Shown here: positions 42,489-55,485 of the stretch, piece after piece
How positions within the stretch are numbered: the first letter of the stretch is position 1
How the letters are laid out: the number at the start of each line of letters is the position of its first letter
NCBI RefSeq assembly: GCF_018350175.1
Contig: NC_058368.1
Span: forward strand, 105,216,001 to 105,280,000
Length of the DNA stretch: 64,000 nucleotides
Reading direction: 5' to 3'
Origin: Felis catus
Taxonomy: Eukaryota
The notes under the pieces: generated by a model
The model's input: only the letters and a program-made list of their open reading frames with translations
Told to the model about the DNA's origin: nothing
The model's database searches: none
Position numbers and translations under genes: made by a program

Positions 42489-42849
42489 AATGAGGAGTCA
42501 GAGAGTCTGACTTTGAGTCTTGCCTCTTGCAGTTTTATTAGCTATGATACTGGCCAAATCATGTCATTTTTCTCTGCTTATACTCCCACATCTTTAAAAT
42601 GCTAGGGTTGGGCAATTTGGTTTCAAAGATTGTACTCAACTCTGTGTCATGTAGGATTCAGTGATTCTGATTTCCTAAATTGTGCTAAGGGGTCAGCCCA
42701 TGTCTCAAAGCTTCATGATCAGAAACTGAACACTTCTTGCTTTAAGAAATGGACTTATAGAATATAAAATGCCGTCTCATTTACACAGTTCACAATGTAG
42801 GACCCTGAGTAAGATATTGAGGCATGCATGGCATAGGAATGGAAGGGAC

Positions 42850-43070
42850 AGTCTAAAGCTGGACTGCTCAGATTTGAACTGTGAGTCACCATTTGACTTT
42901 GGGAAAGTTACTTAAAGATCTATGTACTTCAGGGTTTGCCTCTAAACATGGAATTGATAATAGTTCTACTTCACTGGTTTGCTACAAAAAAAGAAATTAA
43001 GTAGTAACGTATGAATGTACCAACTTCTCAGAACTATGCCTGGCTTATTATACACGGTAAGCATTAGCTT
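42850..43070 (+). mobile_element. MIR
   Basis: TGACTTTGGGAAAGTTACTTAA...ATGGAATTGATAATAGTTCTACTTCA core. Confidence 0.65.
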
Positions 43071-46000
43071 CTCTCTTGAACGTTCTCATTAGTCTGTGTA
43101 CTACATGCAAGGAAGGGTAGCTCATGGTCCTTGGCAAAATTTTCAACTTTTGGACAGTTCTATTGTTAGACATGTCTACCTTATCATTGGATTTCATTTC
43201 AATTCTAAGTTCTCTCTTTATCTTGTATTAATTTGTTACTTGTCTTACATAAACACGTGCGCAGGCATTTCTGTAAACTAGGACATCTACTGGCAAACTT
43301 TGCCTCTGTCTCTAAGAATTATTTATCCCATAGAGGGAAAGAACTGAGACTTGGCTCCAACTATAGGTAAACTCTTCTGTAGTGACTCAAGATGTTTGTC
43401 TAATTAATTACTGGGATTTTGTTTTCTTTTTATTACAACTTCCAAATCCTCTGGGAGTAGGAAACAGAAATAAAATTTATTTCTATAGCATGCTTTAACA
43501 CAAAATAAGCTATTCAGATGGGAGGAATACTTTAGAGAACTGTAAAGTGTCAGCTATGATTTCCCAAGTCTGACTATTGGTCATGAAACATCAACAGTGG
43601 TTACGTGGGGCCGGACTCTTGGTCAAGGCTGAGATGAGGCCTAAAGGTTTGTGTATTAACTAATCCCCGAAACCTTGTTAAATGAATGGAGACTATGCTC
43701 TGTTTCGCATTTGTGATTGGTCTTTCATTCAAAGTGTTTTGTGAATAAGTTTCATCTGATCTACTCTTTGTCACTTCAGTTGACCTAACAAAATGGTCAC
43801 AATCACCAGGATCAATCCAAGATCCTTTTCTGAAAGACACTAAGAGAGCTCAGAGCAACACCTGGCACAGACAGCCCTTAGTTGGGTTCATTACATCTTT
43901 CCTTTATTTCTTAGCTTCTCTAGTGATATCATAGCAATCCATGTTGTAAGTGCCTCACCATCACACTTCAGCATCACTCTTTTATAACCAAGTCTGTTTT
44001 GTTGCCTTTCTACTTCCACTAAGCAGAGCCACTCACACTCAGTGTCACTAACAAAGTTAGCTTTAAGTAACTTAAAAATTAATGGTGCTATTGATTAGTG
44101 AACCTTTATGCTACCACTGAGAAGAAAAATCAGTCTTTGGAATCAAAAGAACTCAGTTCAAGTCAAATTAGCTACTTACTAAGAGATTATGGTTACCATG
44201 ATCTACTCAAGTTCTCCTGGGCCCTCAACTCTCTTACCTACAAAACAGAGACAAGATCATAAATAACAATTAGGTTTCATCAATGAGCAGTGGCTGCTGG
44301 GAGTGTGGATTAAGGATTGTGAAGTCACTGATGCAAACTGGGGTGAAAAAATCCCCAAAGTGAGGGCCTGCCATGGAGTAGAAAGGAAACTACAAGGCAC
44401 CTATTTGCCATTCCTAGACTTCTAAAATATTTACCTAAGGATGGCATAAATACAAAACAAGAGATGTAAAATTGATTTTTTTAAGCCGAGTTGTACCCAA
44501 AAGCTACTATCATCACTTTAGTTTTGTTATTAACAATGGGCTATTACAGAAAAGGCATGAAAGGGGAAGTCTGCTTCTATGTTCTGTATTCAAACCAAAT
44601 TCTCTTTTATGTTCTTGGTAGTGAGCATTTTATCAGTGGCCTCTGGAGACAAAACCTGTCTTTGTTATCTCTGCTAAGTAACGAAGGGGACTGAATGGGG
44701 TGGATTTCAGACAAGGTGGGAAGAAGCTATGCTCCGGCAAGCCTGACATAGATGCCACAGGCAGCAAGAGGTAGGGCTTTAGAAAGCTGCTCACATCATT
44801 CCACCAAGGCAGCCACCTACTCTGCCAGGCATCCGGCCAGCTCTGGCAGTGGAATGGATCAAGGTTATTTGCATATCTGTTTTCAGGACATTAAGTTTTG
44901 TCTACCCATCCAAAGTGAGGAGAAGATCACTGCAATTATGCAGAAAGCTTGTTTTAGAAGAAGAAAGAGGAGGAAGTGGAGGAAGATGGGGAAGGAGAAA
45001 GAAAAGAAGACAAATCTTGAAAGAAAAGAAGACAAATCTCGCTCTTGTTAAAGAACAAATTTCATTTTCTAAAGTGTGACAAAGACATCTTTAGAAAGGA
45101 TACCTTAGTGTTTTTAGTGGAGGGTTGAGAGTTTCCCTGATGTGTTTCAAGGAATAACGACAAAAGAGGAAAACCTATCTACTACTTTGCAAATATAGAA
45201 CTGGATACTGTCATTTGTATGCTATGTCAATGACTCTCCACCAGCTATGTGACATGGGATTAGGGACCTGGAAATGTCATAAGCCCAGCCCAATTTCTCA
45301 TGGCCAATAGTTGACAAAGCCTGGGCTTAGAATCTGAGGCCACAGTTCATAGTATGTGCAAAGACCAAGAAATTTTAAACAATGCTGGCAACTTTGTGAT
45401 GAAACTCATCTATAAATAGTTCCCTGATGATTTCTAATTCCCGATGACTTGGTATAATGCAAGCTATTCAGCAATGTGATATGGATAGATATTTCCTTTT
45501 CAAAACATTGCACAAATACATGATTTCCTCCTTCTGTCCGCCCTGTAGGAGAAGTAGGAAAAGAGCAAGGTAATAGGAATTTACCTCCAAGCTATAAAGC
45601 CTTCCTGTCCTTTCAGTAATCATGGACAGGAGTTCCTAGTTACTAAGGAGACAATAACAGACTCAATTACGTTCAAGTACAACACTTGGGTTGCCTGGCT
45701 AAAGAATGCCAAAAAAGCAAAGGAAAATATTATCATTGCTGAAATCATTTGATGTCTATGACTAATAAAAAACATGTTGGCAAACTGAATTTTTAGAAAT
45801 GCCCAAAGGGCTTGGTTAGATCTATGAATTAATAGCATACAGCAGTTCTGTCTGGAGAAAAGAAAAAAAAAGACAAAGTTGTTAAACTCTTAACAACTGG
45901 TTTGAACAACCAAAAGATCCCAATAGAACAAATCAAGGTTCTTTTTCAATTTTTTGTTTAAATCTAAACTTCCCTTCCCCTTTCCATTATAGCTAAATAA

Positions 46001-47051
46001 TGAAGTTTGCACATTTTGGGTCACATTATCCTGAATAAGGATATCCTTGAATAAGGATAATATCCTTGAATAAAGGCCCCACAGGCCTTTTTTGGCCTTC
46101 CTACAGAACATCTCACAAATTCCAGAGCTGTTTTTAAGGGATCCCTGAAAACTGTACCCATCTTAGAGACTTTGAGGGCTGAGGTGTCCATTCATAAATG
46201 TGCTGTGCCCCTAAGAGACTGGAGGAAGCCAGAGGTGGAAAGAATTGGGGGTAAGCCAGACCTCTAATTACCTCCCGACCCAAGTCCCAGAGTTTACCAT
46301 GGGCCTGCCTGAAGATGTTCATCCAGTCTCTGCTTGATCATTCCCAGAGCAGGAGGCCTTTGCCAGGACCCATCCTACCTTGTTATGAATGCAGCCCTGA
46401 TTATTGGAGGGTGCTTTCTCACGTTGTGCCAAAATCTGCCTCCTCTTGACTTCTTTACTCATTGTTCCCCAGGTATCTCTAAAATAATACTGTTTAACTC
46501 AACTTCCTCTCCTCTTGAATAGTACCTTAGATCACTGAAGTCACATGTCATGACTCTCCTATATACTGTCTTCTCCAAACTAAATATCCTCACTTACTTT
46601 TTCAGATCATAAGGCAAATATACAAATATCATAACAATAATAAAGGCAAAACATACAATCACCATAAGAGGAAGATAAAAAGGTAGTCTGGAAATTTGAT
46701 TTTTTTTAAGGAATGAAGTTCTTTTAACTGAAAAGGTGAAATGTTGAACTGATACTGAGGAGCATTATGTCTTTCCACTGACACATATTCATCAAGTCAC
46801 TCTATCCACCAATTCATCCTGTCAAAACAGAAATGTAGTTTGATAAAGACTTTTTCTTGGTGACACCATGCCAGCCCCTGTAGGCCACCTCACCGAGTCT
46901 TTCCAAGTTACATTTAGTTTTTGCTTAGGTTTATTTACTATCAATGCCTACTTTGAGAAAAGTTTCAAAAAATAATACTTATCTGCATATGAATCATTGC
47001 AAAATGAATTTCAGAATGTGAATACCATCTATTAAGAATTAAGGGAGAAGC

Positions 47052-48231
47052 CAGCAAACCATCAGAATCCTAGAGGAGAACACAGGAAGCAAGCTCTTTG
47101 ACTTTGACCACAGCAACTTCTTACTCAACACGTCTCCAGAGGCAAGGGAAACAAAAGCAAAAATGAACTATTGGGACCTCATCAAGATAAGAAGCTTCTG
47201 TACAGTGAAGGAAACAATTAACAAAACTAAAAGGCAACCAAAAGAATGGGAGAAAATATTTGCAATGAAATACTGGATAATGGCTTAATATCCAAAATCT
47301 ATAAAGAACTTATCAAACTCAACACCAAAAAAAAAAAAAAAAAAATCCAGTGAAGAAATGGGCAGAGGACGTGAATAGACACTTTTCCAAAGAAGACATG
47401 GTGGCTAACAGACCCATGAAAAGATACTCAAGATCACTCATCATCAGGGAAATACAGATCAAAACCATAATGAGATACCATCTCACACCTGTCAGAATGA
47501 CTAAAATTAACAACTCAGGAAACAACAGATGTTGGTGAGGAACTGTTTTTACCCTGTTGGTAGGAATGCAAACTGGTGCAGTCCCTTTGGCAGAGAGGAT
47601 GGAGGTTCTCCAAAAGATAAAAATATAACCACCCTATGACCCAACAACTGTACTACTAGGTATTTATCCAAAGAAAACAAAAATGCTGATTTGAAGGGGA
47701 ACGTGCACCCCAATGTTTATAGCAGCATTACCAACAACAGCCAAACTATGGAAAGAGCCCAAATGCCCATCAACTGATGAACGGATAAAGATATGATAGA
47801 CACACACACATACACACACACACACACACACAGGAATATTACTAGTAATCAAAAAGAATGAAATCTTGCCATTTGCAATAATGTGGATGGAACAAGAGTA
47901 TATTATGCTAAATGAATTAAGTCGGGGAAAGACAAGTATGCTATGATTTCACTCAAAGGTGGAATTTAAGAAGCAAAATGTGAAAATAGGGGAAGGGAAG
48001 GAAAAGTAAAATAAGATAAAAACAGGGAGGCAAACCATAACAGAGTCTTAACAATAGAGAACAAGCTGAGGGTTGCTGGAGGGGCGGTGGGTGGGGAATG
48101 GACTAAATGGGCAATGGTTTGGGCACTTGTTGGGATAAGCACTGAGTGTTGTATCTAACTGATGAATGCTTAAATTCTACTCCTGAAGCCAATACTACAT
48201 TATATGTTAACTAACTCTAATTTAAAAAAAA
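47052..48231 (+). mobile_element. 5'-truncated carnivore L1 (ORF2 C-terminus + 3'UTR) carrying a 3' transduction
   Basis: ORF2 C-terminal peptides ([24 protein letters not shown]) and a 3'UTR ending ...TATATGTTAACTAACTCTAATTTAAAAAAAA. Exact 18-bp TSD AAGAATTAAGGGAGAAGC at 47034-47051 and 48461-48478. Confidence 0.93.
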
Positions 48232-48462
48232 GATGTTTTCCAGTAGGACAGAGACCAATTTGACAACAGTGGAAATCCATTCATTAGCACAACCTTTACC
48301 TTCTTTCTATGTTATATATCTTCAAAGTGTTGCTTCTCATTACCTCCCAAGAAAACCACCTGCAATTCTTATTAGAGGATTTGTGGGGTGTTTTTTTTTC
48401 TTTGGTGGGGAGGGAGTGGGGGGGGCACAAAATAAAACAACCTAAAGCGATAAAAAAAAAAA
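48232..48462 (+). other. L1 3'-transduced non-L1 segment with its own polyA signal and tail
   Basis: Non-L1 sequence lies between the L1 A-tract and the right TSD. AATAAA at 48431-48436, A-run at 48452-48462, then the TSD. Confidence 0.82.
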
Positions 48463-48762
48463 GAATTAAGGGAGAAGCAATGTGATGAAATGAAATCTTT
48501 TCTTCTTACTCCTCTCAGTATTTCCTTATAGAAAATTCCAAGCACGGAAAAGTTGAAGGACTTTTACAGTAAACATCTATATACTTAATAACTGGATTAA
48601 ATTACTGTTTTGCTAACTCTGATTTGTCACTTGTCTATTGGTTACTCTTTCTATCCATCACCCTAACTTTTTTATATAGGTCAGTGTAAGGTACATTCAC
48701 CCTCACACTTAATCTCTAATGTGTCAGCACGCATGCCATTATTGGTTCTTTTCTGACACTTT

Positions 48763-48974
48763 TTTTTAAGTTTATTTATTTTGAGAGAGAGAGCATGTGC
48801 GCTGTGAAAGAGTGCGGGGGAGGGGAGGAAAGAGAGGTTAGAGAGAATTCCAAGCAGGCTCCCCACTGTTAGCACAGAGCTGGATGTGGGGCTTGGTCCC
48901 ACGAACCAAGAGATCAGGACCTGAGCCAAAATCAAGAGTCAGATGCCTAAACAACTGAGCCACCCACGTGTCCC
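48763..48974 (-). mobile_element. CAN-SINE
   Basis: Reverse SINE body. TSD TTTTCTGACACTTT / TTTTCTGACTCTTT. Confidence 0.9.
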
Positions 48975-49785
48975 TTTTTCTGACTCTTTCAGTTAACACT
49001 GTCTTAAGAATCCCTTTGCCATTCTTTCCCTCATTTCCTTTACTTTCTCACTTTCAACATCATCCCTCCCACTTTCTAGCCCCTAAGTTCTAAATGATAA
49101 AAACAAAGGGTGAAAAATCTGAGCATGGAACAGTCCTGAAGCAGCATCAGGACAGGACATGGAAAATCACACAGGGCCTCAGAGGCATTATCACCTCAGA
49201 CCTGCAATGGATGAAGTCCTCACGAACAAATAGAAACCAACTGGTAAGATAGGGAGGTAACAATGAACATGCCAACCTAATAACTTACTATGGGAAACAC
49301 AGCTATCAAATACCCAGGCATTTCTTGATCGGCTCAGTTTCTCCCTGAACTAACCCTAAGGGTGGGCCAGATGGTGAAGGCTTTCAATGAATAGACTCAG
49401 AGGCATGGAAGTAGTTAGAAGCTGTGAGTGCCATGGAGCCTTATCAGCAATGATGTTTCAACAACTGGACAGCATCATGACTGACACCACAAGGGTGCTT
49501 CATAATTAGCATAATGGAATGAGTCTATGATTACTAACTACACCTTAGGAGAACTGCTGAACCAACCAGGAACTCACATTGTGGATCAGGGCACCTCTCA
49601 ACTGAACCGTGCTGGGGAACCATGCCAGATTCTACCCTTCCAACTCCCTAGAAGTTCCATGACTACCATGCTCATTTGAATAACACATTCTGTCTTAGCC
49701 ATATGTATGTCGTTAATTCAGCTTTTGTGAAATCCTAATCCTGCTTCAGTCTAAAAGACGATCTGTCTTTAAAATGGGGGGCTTA

Positions 49786-49988
49786 GGGGGGCCTGGGTGG
49801 CTCAGTCCATTGAGTGTCCACCTCTTGATTTCAGCCCAGGTCATGATCATAGGGTTGTGGGATCAAGCTCTGTGTTGGGTTCCAGGCTCAGCGTGGAGCC
49901 TGCTTGAGATTCTTTCTCTCTTTTTTTATCTCTTTGCCCCTCTCCCCAGCTCACTCTCTAAAAAAACGAATGAATGAATGAATGAATG
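49786..49988 (+). mobile_element. CAN-SINE with (GAAT)n tail
   Basis: GGCCTGGGTGGCTCAGTCCATTGAGTGTCC...GCCCAGGTCATGATC. Confidence 0.88.
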
Positions 49989-50051
49989 AAATGGGATGTC
50001 CATGACTATCTAATCCCATATTTGAAAAACTGATTTTACTGGCTTCACTCT

Positions 50052-50052
<1 letters not shown>

Positions 50053-50091
<39 letters not shown>
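50053..50091. repeat. A39 homopolymer
   Basis: Uninterrupted run. Confidence 0.97.
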
Positions 50092-50093
<2 letters not shown>

Positions 50094-51056
50094 AAGCCAT
50101 TCCCTATCACCTGATGTTTTCTATGTGAAGTCTTCCTTGGTGTGCAAAAGCCATTCTTTTCCTCTATCTCAGGATTTAGGTCTGATAAGAAATGTTAGTC
50201 ATTTATTTTCTGGGATTCCTAATTACCAGTCCATACAGACTTGGCAAAGTGAGCCCATCAGTGGAAAGATAGCATCACCCAAGTGCAAATACGAAACTTT
50301 TCACAAGAGACGGCTTCTCTGTAGTGACAGCTACATCTGGTTTTGACAAATCAAATTCATTTTGCCACCCATAAAAGGAGTAGTCATAAAGTCTCAAGGT
50401 GAACCCTTGGGTTATGTAACACCTTCCTAAAGTAGTTCTTTCAAAGGTTTAGATGTCATCAATCAGATTATTTCATAGCAAGCAATTCCTGTCTTCTACC
50501 GCTTAATCATTTGTACCCCTGATCACTTTCCCTGTATAGATACCATGGTAAATATCTGCAAACATCAGCATTTCATGCTAGCATCACACTCTTCAGAGTT
50601 TATTTGAATGCAAACCATTATGGTGTTAGGGTGGAACATGACACAGAAACAAGGCTCTATCTCATGGGAGTTTACTTGCAGACTGGGAAAAAAAAATCAG
50701 ACCCTTTTAGGCACTGGCACCTCAGTGGTAAAATGCCAACCACCAACTAAAGTTGATCTCCAATTGCCTCTATTACAAATGACCAAAATACAAGGTTCGG
50801 ATGCACATGAAAACCTTTCAAGAGGGTAAAAGATACTCGAATGTAGAGAGTGGCTTTTATTACCGCAATGCTTCAACAGGGTCACAAGCACTCCACGTCA
50901 CAGACCTCAGAAAGGGCTTCAGCTAGATAATCCAAGAGCAGTTCATGTAAGCTGGGCTTTGAGGCCATGTTTGTCCTGACTTCATTAGTTCTTTTTATTC
51001 CTTTGATCCATCGGTCTCTAGTGATGGAAACTTTTTTTTTTTTTTTTTTTTTTAAG

Positions 51057-51189
51057 AAACTAAAGCACAAAAGGAAACTGAAAAAGCTGCAAACTGATTT
51101 GGCAACAGCTAAGCAAGAGGCTGCCATCACAGTCCTGGAACTGAATGAGAAGATAAAGACTCTGTGTGAAGGAAAGCCAGCCCCTAGAG
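51057..51189 (+). CDS. CCDC192: Internal coding exon of coiled-coil domain-containing protein 192 (partial gene; other exons lie outside the window)
   Basis: T22 tract plus AAG acceptor ending at 51056, and donor G|GTCAGT at 51190. 133 nt = 44 codons + 1 (phase 0 in, phase 1 out). Peptide KLKHKRKLKKLQTDLATAKQEAAITVLELNEKIKTLCEGKPAPR is coiled-coil-like and closely matches human CCDC192 as I recall it (KLKHEKKVKKLQTDLATANAITVLELNEKIKTLYEGKPAPR-E). Gene identity is from memory, not a search. Confidence 0.88.
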
Positions 51190-51804
51190 GTCAGTATTAC
51201 CACGTGACAGTTGCACGCCGGCCCTCTATCCTGCAAGATATATGGTTTTATTGGCAACAGAGCTACAAGCAGGGCCACAGTGCCAGGCAGCAGACTGGCC
51301 CAACAGCATGCAGGTCTGGCCTGGCCTGACCTCCTTTCCACATGAATAGTGACATGACACAAACTACTGACTCCAGGCTCGGTTCACTTTCACTGTGAGG
51401 CAGAGAATGAATAAGCAGTTCCTTAAAGCAAAGTCTCTGAGGCTGAGGAGCTGGACTTGGTAGAACTGATAAGCATCTCTGCACAAGCTGGGCGGCAGTG
51501 AGGGAGGTGAGCCAAAGGAGGACCCGATGGATGAAGCTCTTGAGTGGAGCGAGGAGATGAGTGTGGACAGGCCTGTAGGCTAAGGCAGGCCCAGGGAAGA
51601 TAAAAAAAAAAAAAAAAAGCGTTTAAACAATAGGTGAATGAGCCAGAACCAAGCAGGCAAGGCTGGGAGAGGAGGAAATCTGGGTGGTTTAGAAAGATTT
51701 TAATAGCCGCTTTGGTGTAGATCTTTAACAAGTCTTCTCTAAGAGACTATAAACACACATTGCGGGAAAAAGACCCCTCAGACCGTCATCTTTAGCCATG
51801 ATAT

Positions 51805-51990
51805 GAGTAACCATTTAATACTTTGTGCCAGGCATTTTGCTAAGCACTTCACATGAATTTAAGTCTCAGAATAAGCTCTGAAGTAAGTACGTTTATGGAT
51901 CCCCAAAGAATAAACAGAGGCATAGGGATGTTGGTTACTTTGCCTCAGATTAGTGTGAGCAACACCTAAGGCCATCAGCCTCCAGACAGC
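51805..51990 (-). mobile_element. MIR
   Basis: TGTGCCAGGCATTTTGCTAAGCACTTCACATG...AAACAGAGGCATAGGG...TTACTTTGCC. Confidence 0.7.
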
Positions 51991-53374
51991 CACTTACACT
52001 ACCCAGTGTGCCTATGCACCTCTGAAGAGAAGGCTATTTTGTCTCTGTTCTACAGAAGTGCTATCCATCCTCATTCTGCCTGGTGGATCTCTTGCAAAAC
52101 CGTGGGCCCCTGGATAAATGTCTTCCTCTCCTGTGTGGCATTCTTGTAAAACCAGAAACATGCCCTTATTCTTCCTCTGGTTTCCTTTATTATTCATAAA
52201 TAATTCTGGAAAAAGAGGAGGACCGTGGAAATAAATGGAGGAGGGGAAAGTAGGCGATGTGGTGGCTTCAGAAAGGGAGACACATCAGCATCCCGACCAT
52301 GTGGTAAAGCTTTTAATATGAGTTTGGATTTAATTTTCTATTTTGAAAAGTGCTATCCTGGGGATGAAATGGCATGGAACACAGTCATCTTGAAAAAAAA
52401 TGCTGAAGGTCAATTTGTTTTTCTCTTTCCACAAAACATAATGATAGCTTATGAATTTGCTTTGCCACCATGAAAACCTAGGGAATAAAATCCACTCAAC
52501 GATATTATCCATTTAAAGGTCTTTATCCTAGGGCACCATAGCCAGATTTCAGGTTAGTTGTGTAATAAGAAACTGATAATAATTGTACAGCACATTGGAG
52601 AAAGTTCTCCAATTCACCTGAGAGAAGCTTTCAACTTATCGACTATATTTTTCATCTAGTGAAAGAGATAATACTGCAAGGTATATAATTCTCATCGTTG
52701 ACAAAAATATCATTTGCTGTTTAATGACAAATCCTGTCTAATGAAAAATCCTGTCTAATTTTGTCCTTTTGATATTTGAGTAGGTCAAAATTAAATTATC
52801 CTCAGGTACTGGGACTCTCACGGTTCAAAGAGGGTAGAAAACATTAAGTCCCACCTTCTGTGACCATTTTTTTCTCTGTATTTGTTTTTTTTAAGCTACT
52901 AGAAGGAAAATCCACAAAACCTGAATGCATTATGAACAGCTACAAATTTAAATAAGGGCAGATATTCCAAGGTCAATCAGGGATGAAAAGAGTGACTCGT
53001 TTTGGACCTATATGTTGCTTCCTTTTTTGGCTGAAAAAGTGAGTCAGTGGACTGACTTAAATCAAATATTTGCACTTTCTTGCTCTCCCATTACTCCCAT
53101 GTTCCTCAACCTGAATTCAATAGTCCAGGAGACTGTCAAAGCACTTGTGGACCCAGAGTCATATTGGCTTTCATTCGCAGAGACTGTGGTCACCTTGTCC
53201 TACGTCTTAACACACTTGAAAGTAAAATCTGCAAAGATGTCGGTAGCTTTAACACACAATGCCCTCCATTTAAACACACACCAGTTAGGGTTGACCCACC
53301 TCCCACACACATGTCTAGACCAGAACAATAGCCCTCCTCTAGTTATCTTGTATCCTTTTATAAAATGTTTGTTT

Positions 53375-53960
53375 TCAGTTCTCAGACCTCTGTTTGCAAA
53401 TGACAGATGTCCCAGTCATAATAACTTAAGGAGAAAGGGTGATTTATTGGCATAAACAAACTAAGAAAGGGCATGCTATTAGCCTTATAGTCCAATGGAT
53501 ACAGAGTCTCAGACACTATCAAAACATTCTGACAACACTCATCTCTGCTTCTGTCTCCATTGAGACTTCATTCTCTCAAGTGGGATGTCAGAAGAGACTG
53601 GAAACGTGGCCATAAGCAACTAGAGGCTTAGTTGCTCTATCTTTCCTCCAGAGAGAAAAGAAAGCATTTTTCCACCAACTCCCAGTTAGAAAAAGTACAA
53701 TAAAGCATTCTTTCCTAGCTTGAGTTGGATACCCATGCAGGGACATGACCCAATCTTTGTGGCCAAGGGTGGGGTACTATGGTTGGGCAAGGTTCCGGTC
53801 ATGCACCCTGCCACTGGGTGGCATGATAGAGGGAAATCAGGGTGGAAAAGAAGAATGTTCTGACTGGCAACTCCCAACAGAAGCACTGGGCTGGTCTGGG
53901 AGAGAAGCACTCCCTTAAAGGAAGGGATAACCCATTACTAGAAAGAAAGAGTAAGGGACA
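53375..53960 (-). mobile_element. Old MaLR LTR (MLT1J/K-like)
   Basis: TTTGCAAATGACAGATGTCCCAGTCATAATAACTTAAG...ATTTATTGGC resembles the reverse MLT1 3' end. Confidence 0.55.
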
Positions 53961-55385
53961 AAACCAACGTGTCCAATAGAGTCTCAACTAGTGGTCAAGT
54001 TAAAATATAATGCAATGCTTGCCTCATGAGTCACCCACCCATGAGTAGTGGCAATTTTTAAGTAGATTCTTCTTGATGAACAAAAGGACTTCATGATCCA
54101 AGAAATAAATGCCCAATGGTACAATTTCAGACCCCATAAAAATGGAGAATGAACCAAACTACTATGGGAAAGGAATCCCCTTCCATCCTCCACCAAGTGT
54201 CATCATGGGTGCCTACTCTAAAGGCCTGCCTTATTGTAACAACTGAAATTGCAAGAGGGCAAAACAGTTTTTATTTTAAATGACATGCTACTTGGATTGA
54301 CGTAAACCTACTTCTCTGTTATAATTACAGATTATGTCTGTAGTTCTAACAAGCAGATGGAGATATTTCCAAATAAATTAGAATATTTTTTACCCAAGTG
54401 TGCATTTTTTTTTCCTCGTTTGGTTCATTTTCTAAGTAAGTCTGTATCTATAGTAGGTTGGCATTCAGCTCTTCTGATCAGAGGGATGTTCCTGATCAGA
54501 ATATTAGGACTACCTTTAAGCATATTCTCACGGATCAAACAGTGAGTTACCAAACTTTTTCCTTTTCGTTTTACATCAACACAGTAAACTACTTCATTGG
54601 CTATGTACTTAAATTACCTCCAAGGAAATAAATGATTTAAGTCAATGGAAAGTTCAACCGAAAAGAAAAACACCTTTCTTATAAAACTGGCACAGCAGGA
54701 AACTTACAGCCTGAGCGTTGTTTGTGGATTTTACTTTGTGCAAATAATCACAGCCCAAGGCAGATTCCTTCCGTCATTTCCACAGCCTGCATCTGAAGTG
54801 CTTACAGCTTTATTTACCACCATAATTCACTAAAATGCCTACTGTACCCCTTAAGACTCGCCTTTGGGTAAACCTTAGTACACAAGAACCTAAAGTTAAG
54901 TTTCAGAAACAATCTTTGTGTCCTTTGCTTCCTTTGCTTAAAAGGACAAAGCTCCTATGCAAAAGACATGGGTGACTAAGTCCCCTTGTTGGTACATGAG
55001 CATGAAATCACTTGCTGTGATGGAACACCTATCTTTTAACAGAACATCAGAGACCTGGTTCAGAGATTTGAAGCCAGTGTACAAATGTACTGTTCTGGAT
55101 TTTTTTTTTCCTTTTCATTCTTTTCTCCTAATATGCACAGCTAGTATACCAAGTAAGGTATCTAGCCTACACATACAAGTTGCCATTGCCCCAGTGACAG
55201 CAGTATCAATTCTAAGTCATCTCTCAATTTTACTCCTGTTCAGAAGATTCTCCCAGTTAGTGCAGGTAGATCCCAGGACAAGCTTATCCAGGACTCAGTG
55301 TCTGAATAGAGCTAGCCATTGCGTTCAAGCAGGCATGGAAAAGGAATGACATTTCAGTGATATTCAGTGACACAAAGATGTTTTT

Positions 55386-55485
55386 GTTTGTTTTTTTATA
55401 CATGAAATTTATTGTCAAATTGGTTTGTATACAATACCCAGTGCTCATCCCAACAGGTGCCCTCCTCAATGCCCATCACCCACTT
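55386..55485 (-). mobile_element. ~100-bp extreme 3' stub of a felid L1
   Basis: Same terminal sequence as 15825-15900 (ATGAAATTTATTGTCAAATTGG...CCCAGTGCTCATCCCAACAGGTG). Degenerate TSD CACAAAGATGTTTTT / CACAAGGCTGTTTTT. Confidence 0.85.

Noticed and set aside
50040..50099. 7-bp inverted repeat TGGCTTC/GAAGCCA flanking A39
   Set aside because: Too short to distinguish from chance, and no TSD or transposon structure.
50967..51329. 120-aa ORF as a single-exon gene
   Set aside because: Only 51057-51189 lies between splice signals. The poly-Phe N-terminus is the T-tract and the C-terminus is intron read-through.
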